DNA from: Spirogloea muscicola
Lineage: Eukaryota
Length of the DNA stretch: 23,720 nt
Direction: 5' to 3'
NCBI GenBank assembly: GCA_009602725.1
Contig: WELB01000001.1
Coordinates: 1,593,678-1,617,397 of the forward strand
Made by a program: the position numbers and the translations under genes. Shown here one piece after another: positions 18,640 through 23,720 of the stretch (position 1 is its first letter; each line of letters starts with the position of its first letter). Below the pieces are notes generated by a model that had not been told where the DNA came from, made no database searches, and was given only the letters and a program-made list of their open reading frames with translations.

Positions 18640-19620
18640 ATGCGTAAGAGGTGGCTCTCCCAATGGGGCGTGAAGGCGTACGAGGGGTTCTAAGCGACCA
18701 AACCAAGAGAGGACGGCCGACACCAGAGTGGTGGGCACAATAGCAGAAGAAAGCGGGCACAATAGCCCGCTTCCCGTCCTCCTTCCCCAAGTCAGCCTGT
18801 CGGTTTTGTATGTGCTCACCCGTGGGTACTGACATCACACTGTTAGCTTACCCATCTTAGCATAGGGCTTCGCTCCATGTAGCCTTAGTTGTGCACTAGT
18901 TTCTGCCTGAACAATGTATTGACTAATTGGCCTCCCTTACATTCAATGTGCACCATGCGCCTTCACTCTTTGTACTCTCGGCGGTGCACACTAAGCCAGA
19001 CCACTAGCTATGCGATGCTCTGTGTCCCCATGTAGACTTGTATGTGCCCACTCATGCGCACCGCGCGCCTTTCTCTCACTCATGGATACCGTAGTGGCCT
19101 TCAGCTATGCTAGCCCTCCTAGCCTAGGGCTTGACTACATGTAGCCCGCAACCTTTGCACCGGCTTTGTGCCTGTATCATATACTCGTGTTCAGTCATGC
19201 GCACCGCGGGTGCCTTCGCCCGGCCGGCTGGCTCTTCACGGCCACTGCTGTTGCAAGCCAAAGGTAACTGCTCCACACGAACGAAGGCCGCATTCTCTGC
19301 CAAAGGCGCAGTTGACGAGGGACATGGGGCCGCAGCGAAAGGTCACCGGCGGGTGGGGCTGCGCCACCACGGCGATCTTAGATTTTCCTTCTGTGCTTCT
19401 TGTAAACCCGTGGATATACTAACGTCACACTATTACCTAGCCACCTTAGCATAGGGCTTCGATTCATGTAGCCTTATTTCCTGCACTTATATTTGCCCGA
19501 ACGATGCATTGGCTTGAATGCCCTCCCTTTCACTTCATGCGCACCGCGCGCCATCTCTCTTGTAGACAGTGAACTGGCTTGCTTTGGCCTAACTCGCAGC
19601 ACATGTGCACCACGCGCTAT
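18640..19620 (+). mobile_element. Cluster of 5'-truncated CRE-like 3' ends: one minus UTR piece at about 18640-18718, then plus copies at about 18720-18975, 18990-19076, 19075-19243 and 19244-19590
   Basis: PQVSLSVLYVLTRGY* (TGA 18830-18832), degenerate ctcactcatggatac (19075) and acccgtggatatactaa (19406). Each is followed by recurring UTR blocks cttagcatagggc / catgtagcc / tgcctgaacaatg / tcatgcgcaccgcgcgcc. Terminal hairpin ggctggctcttcacggcc ends at 19243. Confidence 0.85.
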
Positions 19621-19767
19621 ACTGTCCGCCCCTCTGCCGTCCCCTCGGGGTCAAGCGACGTTGAGCGACGTCGAGAGAGCTGGGGAATGGCGACTGGCAG
19701 CGACCGGTAGGCCGGCATTGGGGAGGGGGGGGCTGACCTGGCAACGTTGCTGACCTGGAAGCGCCAG

Positions 19768-20078
19768 GGGCTGCGACGTGGCAGGGCCCCCTCCATGGGG
19801 TCGAGCTTCGGAGAGAAAGGCGCGAAATGCGCATGAAATGAAACGGTAGCCATTTCCAAGCCGACTACATTGTTCAGGCAATCGCCAGAGCGCATGAAAT
19901 GTGGGGCTACGTCAACGGAAGCCCTATGCTAAGGTAAGGCTGAAGTGACAGTGGCACGTCAGTACCCACGGACGAGCACAGGCAAAGCCGAGAGGCCGAT
20001 TCGGGGAGCCGGAGAGAAAGCGCCAGGTGCGCAAGAAATAGAAGGGTGGCCAATTCAGGCCAGTATAAATACATTTGT
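19768..20078 (-). mobile_element. Two head-to-tail CRE-like 3' fragments (19768-20010 and 20011-20078)
   Basis: The reverse strand reads APRIGLSALPVLVRGY* followed by cttagcatagggc..tgcctgaacaatg..ttcatgcgcatttcgcgcctttctctc. An upstream second UTR piece reads tgcccaacaaatgtatttatactggcctgaattggcc. Confidence 0.85.
20064..20071 (+). promoter_or_regulatory. Candidate TATA box (TATAAATA) for the glyoxalase gene
   Basis: Consensus TATAAATA about 105 bp upstream of ATG 20176 in an otherwise GC-rich region; it lies inside a retrotransposon UTR fragment. Confidence 0.45.
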
Positions 20079-20175
20079 TGGGCAGTAGCTGGCCCGGGAG
20101 ACGGGGCGCTCCGGTGGCCCCCACGCTAGGCGGCCGCGCGGCGAGCCCTCCAAGCGCCATGTTTCGCCTTCTCCC

Positions 20176-21328
20176 ATGACCGCCGCCGCCACCTTGTCGC
20201 CGCTTTGCCAGCACCGCCTCGCCGCCATCCCCGCCGGCCTCCGCCTCCTCAGCCGCCGCCGCAGTCAGCAGCCGCGCTCTGCCCGGCCCTTCGTCGTCTT
20301 TGCCGCCATGTCGACCGCCGTCGCCTCCAACAAGGCTGTGTTCGCCTACACCGTCTGCTACGTCAAGGACGTGCAGACGTCCGTGGACTTCTACCAGAAG
20401 GCTTTCGGCCTCGACGTGCGACGTGTGGACAACAGCCGCAAGTGCGCTGTGACACGCTTCTCCCCAGCGACAGCGAGACTCGCTTGGGCGCATGCACAGA
20501 ACAAAGACATAGCGTCGTCGCATAACAGAGAAACTCAAAGCCACCACGTCGGACACAGCTGAAATGACAACATCCTGAATCTGCGAAAGCTTAAAATAGC
20601 TCTCTTACCATGGGCACGCCTCAGGTGGGGTGAGATGGAGACGGGCGCCACCACGCTGTGCTTCACGCCGTTGCAGCAGCGGGAGGCAAAAATTACTGGC
20701 GGCATTCACGCCCCCGCAGAGGGCGAGCAACGGTCCAACGTGGAGGTCAGCTTCAGCTATGACGACGTCAAGCAGGCATTTGATGTAAGCCCTCATCTGG
20801 CTGAGCTGGGCCCGACACAAGCCTTAGTATGGAATTTGCTTTGCTACTTCACATTTGCACGTCTTGGTGGTTGGGGATAGGCCCGACGAGATTTTCAGCT
20901 TTGCAGCGCCCCGCAGCCAGGCCTGGAGCTTTGTTATAGCTTCGCCTTGCTCAGTCCGCAGCGCCAATTGGAGACTTTGGGTTCTACCCAGATGTCACCA
21001 ACGGAGAATTGCACCGATAACACTGAGGCAATAAGGATCTGCCAAATACTTCACCTCGAACTGCCCCGATGGCCGGTAGTGCTAATCTCTGAAAGGGACA
21101 CAAAGACTGGGTATGATTGAGATTTTGCAGCTGTGATGGTAGATCTTTTCATCAACTGGTTCATTGATTTATCTATTCATGTGCTCCCGCTCTTTTGCGC
21201 AGAGGGCGGTGCAAGCGGGCGCTATCCCATTGGCAGAGCCGGAGCCCAAGCCCTGGGGGCAGATCTGTGGCTATGTCCGCGACCCGGATGGCATCGTCAT
21301 TCGCATTGGTAGCCACGTACAGGAGTAG
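20176..21328 (+). CDS. Glyoxalase I-like / VOC superfamily protein; exons 20176-20441, 20625-20784, 21203-21328; 183 aa
   Basis: Phase-consistent GT-AG splicing gives VFAYTVCYVKDVQTSVDFYQKAFGLDVRRVDNSRKWGEMETGATTLCFTP...VEVSFSYDDVKQAFDRAVQAGAIPLAEPEPKPWGQICGYVRDPDGIVIRIGSHVQE*, a classic VOC fold. The N-terminus is transit-peptide-like. Confidence 0.93.
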
Positions 21329-21436
21329 ACATCGTGCAATGAAGGACTGTCAGTCATCTGAGTTCTTCTGAGCTGGTCAAGCCAGCAAAGTACATGCTAC
21401 TGGACTCATAAGAGGTCATGCCCTCAAAGGGACACA

Positions 21437-22436
21437 CTACCAGAAAAGACTGGTAGAGTTGGCCGGCTTGCCACATGGAAGGGTCATGTTGTCTTCACGA
21501 GATACGGTGGGAGCTAGGGGAGTACTTAGGAGGATGCCGATGGTGCAGTATCTCAAGTGGGAGTTTGCTTCAGTCGTGTACTCGGCCCAAGGCAAAGGTA
21601 AAGGACCAGGCAGGCTTCGAGACCACCATAGCTTTGCAGGCAGGCTTGCCAGGAATGACGAGTATCTTTGCGAGTTCGTGGCGGAGGCAGCATCTGGCTG
21701 TGGGGGTTAGCAAAGGTTCGCAGGGGTTAATGTTAATGGAATAGTAGCAGTACAAAGTAGAGTTGCAACCATGACGTGCGGTAGGTGGGTCCATAACAGC
21801 ATGTTTTGCATGAAAACATCATGGCTACTGATGGTAAATGAAACACAAAGGTGCACCACTGAAAAATGTGCGATTCTGCTCACCAACTTTTTTGAAAACG
21901 ATGTGCAAGATGGTCAGATAGCTCAAAGAAAATGAAAGCCTGGGAGACTTGAGGCGTCCAGCCACTCCACATGTACTACCAGCAAGTCATACTAGTAGTG
22001 TTATGATGCAGAGCAGCCCCAGCAAAAAAAGTTCTGCACAGACAGACATTTCTTATGGTTATGGAAGTTGCACTTGATGCTTGAGAGGTCTGATAATTTC
22101 TGTCATACTATCAAGATGGAAATATTCTGTAGCAATTGGCGGCACAGTATTGTAACAGCAGAGGAGCATCAACGGGATGTAAGGGAATTGGAACCCTGAG
22201 TACCATACCATGAATTGCCTGCCCTAATCCCGCCCTCCTCGCAGTTGTGCAAGATAACCTGCACAGATGCTCAACGACATCAAAAATAGATGTCAATACA
22301 CAAAGCGGAGCCCCATGGCTATAATGTCGGCTCCTGAAGTTCGGGCGGTAACACTGCAAGAGGACGACAGTGTCATTACCAGCTGAACGAGGGGCAGGCT
22401 GTGGATATCCACACCAGATACGGCTAGCTCGGAAGA
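21437..22436 (-). CDS. Possible exons of an unidentified gene (22436-22380, 22258-22209, 21697-21437)
   Basis: Splice-like boundaries (CTG|gtaatg, tgtgcag|GTT, TG|gtatgg, gctaac..cacag|) and an 87-codon open terminal segment. No homology recognised and the intervening exons are unresolved. Confidence 0.2.
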
Positions 22437-22621
22437 CTTGAAGAGTCATGAGGCCAAGAGTGAATACCTCACCTTCATTGCTTGTCACCTTCCTAATTTC
22501 TCAATCCATCGTGCGTGTCATTAATCTATGTAGAGCCATGGTCGACACACCAGGCAAATAGTGTTATGAAAGCTGAAATGGATAAGTGAAAGGAGGTGGC
22601 TGCACACTTCCAGTGCAGACC

Positions 22622-23481
22622 ATTGTGACCAAGTCTTCTTGACAAATGTGGGGAAGTCTCAAGTCCGCCAGTCAGGAACCACAAATTCAAACGCATGTAC
22701 GGGAAGAAGATATTGTGTATTGCACACAAACGAAGGCCAAATGGCCAAGTAATAAGGCAAGCACATCCAAAGACCTACATAACCTACAGCAGCTTGACCC
22801 GCTTAGTAACCACGGGTCCAATTAAACATAAAGGTCGCTAATTGATGCCTGATTACTAGATGTCAGATACCTTCAAGCCCTTCCTGCCACCAACTAGAGC
22901 TAGCCCAGCTTTCTGGTGCAAAGCATTAGCCTGAGCACGCTGCAAACAGGCCGAAAGTCGTCGTCTCAAGAACGACAGATATGCACCTGGCAAGCCCATC
23001 TCAGCCGGAAACACATCTGCACATCGTGTGTAGCCTAAACTGGCAATATTCTGAAGGAGAGGGTGGAAACGAGGACCCAGACAGCCAAACAGCCAAAGAT
23101 GTCGGCTGCCGCTGGCAGGAGCAGATCGCATTGGGCGTAATCGGATTGGTGCTGCAGCTTTCTTTGTTCTGCACCGCCCACTGCGTGGCCAGCGATGTGT
23201 GTTGATGCTGGAAAGTACGTGAAGCACTAGTAAGTTGAACATCAGAATGCGGTGTGACAGAAGATGTCATGCCGTGGTTGCACCTCATTTCATCGCCCAA
23301 AATGGTCCGCCAGGAGGTAAGTCAAATCGTGCTCTCTCAAAAGAGCCAATGACAACGAGCACTTGATGACAGGCTCAGCGGCCAAATCTGTAAAGGTGAA
23401 ACAGAGTAGCAGCTGACCAAGAGTCTTCCACAAGAGGGCGAGGCCTGTGTTAGAAACAAGCAGCTTATCCAAAGGGGGCGA
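22622..23481 (-). mobile_element. Degenerate CRE-like copy (zinc-knuckle/RLE remnant, C-terminus and UTR)
   Basis: Minus-strand ADHFGR*NEVQPRHDIF, AGHAVGGAEQRKLQH..DLLLPAAADIFGC, then a frameshift from an 8-bp duplication (cagccaaa x2, 23082-23097), then LGPRFHPLLQNIA..YLSFLRRRLSACLQRAQANALHQKAGLAL, ASISDLYV and TRGY* (TAA 22803-22805). The 3' end is approximate. Confidence 0.85.
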
Positions 23482-23720
23482 GGGCTGTGACAAGCCAGCT
23501 CAAGTAAGAGAAGTGGCTCTCCCAAGAGAGAGAAGGCGCGCGGGGCGCATGAATTGAAAGGGAGGCCAATTCAAGCCAATACATTGTTCAGGCAGAGTCG
23601 AGTGCAGACTAAACAATGCTACATAATACGGAGACCTAATCTAAGGTACCTAAGATGACATTAGTACCCACGGGTGAGCACAAACAAATCTGACAAGCTA
23701 ACTTGGGGAGCTGGAGCGCC
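23482..23720 (-). mobile_element. 3' end of another CRE-like copy running out of the window
   Basis: The reverse strand reads GAPAPQVSLSDLFVLTRGY* (TAA 23661-23663), followed by a full UTR ending gagctggcttgtcacagccc (23501-23482). Confidence 0.9.

Noticed and set aside
16256..18838. 860-aa ORF, or an RT fused to the membrane protein
   Set aside because: An artefact of translating through 768 Ns; the two sides belong to a retrotransposon and a host gene.
18780..19620. CRISPR-like array or retron/DGR-type RT system
   Set aside because: Units are long, degenerate and irregular, and carry the retroelement's coding end. There are no cas genes, the context is eukaryotic and the RT is non-LTR type.
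18833..23660. LTR or DIRS terminal repeats
   Set aside because: No TG..CA termini, PBS, gag, integrase or tyrosine recombinase; orientations are mixed and 5' ends vary.

Overview
Eukaryotic, intron-rich DNA from the green lineage. A streptophyte alga such as a Zygnematophyceae is my inference from the land-plant-like proteins, short introns and GC-rich first exons. There are two assembly gaps (11139-11284, 16418-17185). Five host genes can be modelled: an AP2/ERF transcription factor (+), a PRP2/DHX16/ESP3-type DEAH splicing helicase of at least 26 exons (-, one GC-AG intron), a temperature-induced lipocalin TIL (+), a conserved plant membrane protein (-) and a glyoxalase/VOC protein (+). The intergenic regions upstream of these genes (about 12.0-13.4, 17.2-20.1 and 22.6-23.7 kb) hold roughly a dozen fragments of one family of CRE-like non-LTR retrotransposons (RT plus restriction-like endonuclease). 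The copies share a C-terminus S(L/I)SDLxxLTRGY* and a 3' UTR ending near a GGCTG-loop-CAGCC stem-loop, with no poly(A) tail. They are nested in or abut each other; one antisense insertion has a clean 8-bp TSD, and removing it restores the host reading frame. One of their 3' UTRs appears to supply a TATA box for the glyoxalase gene.
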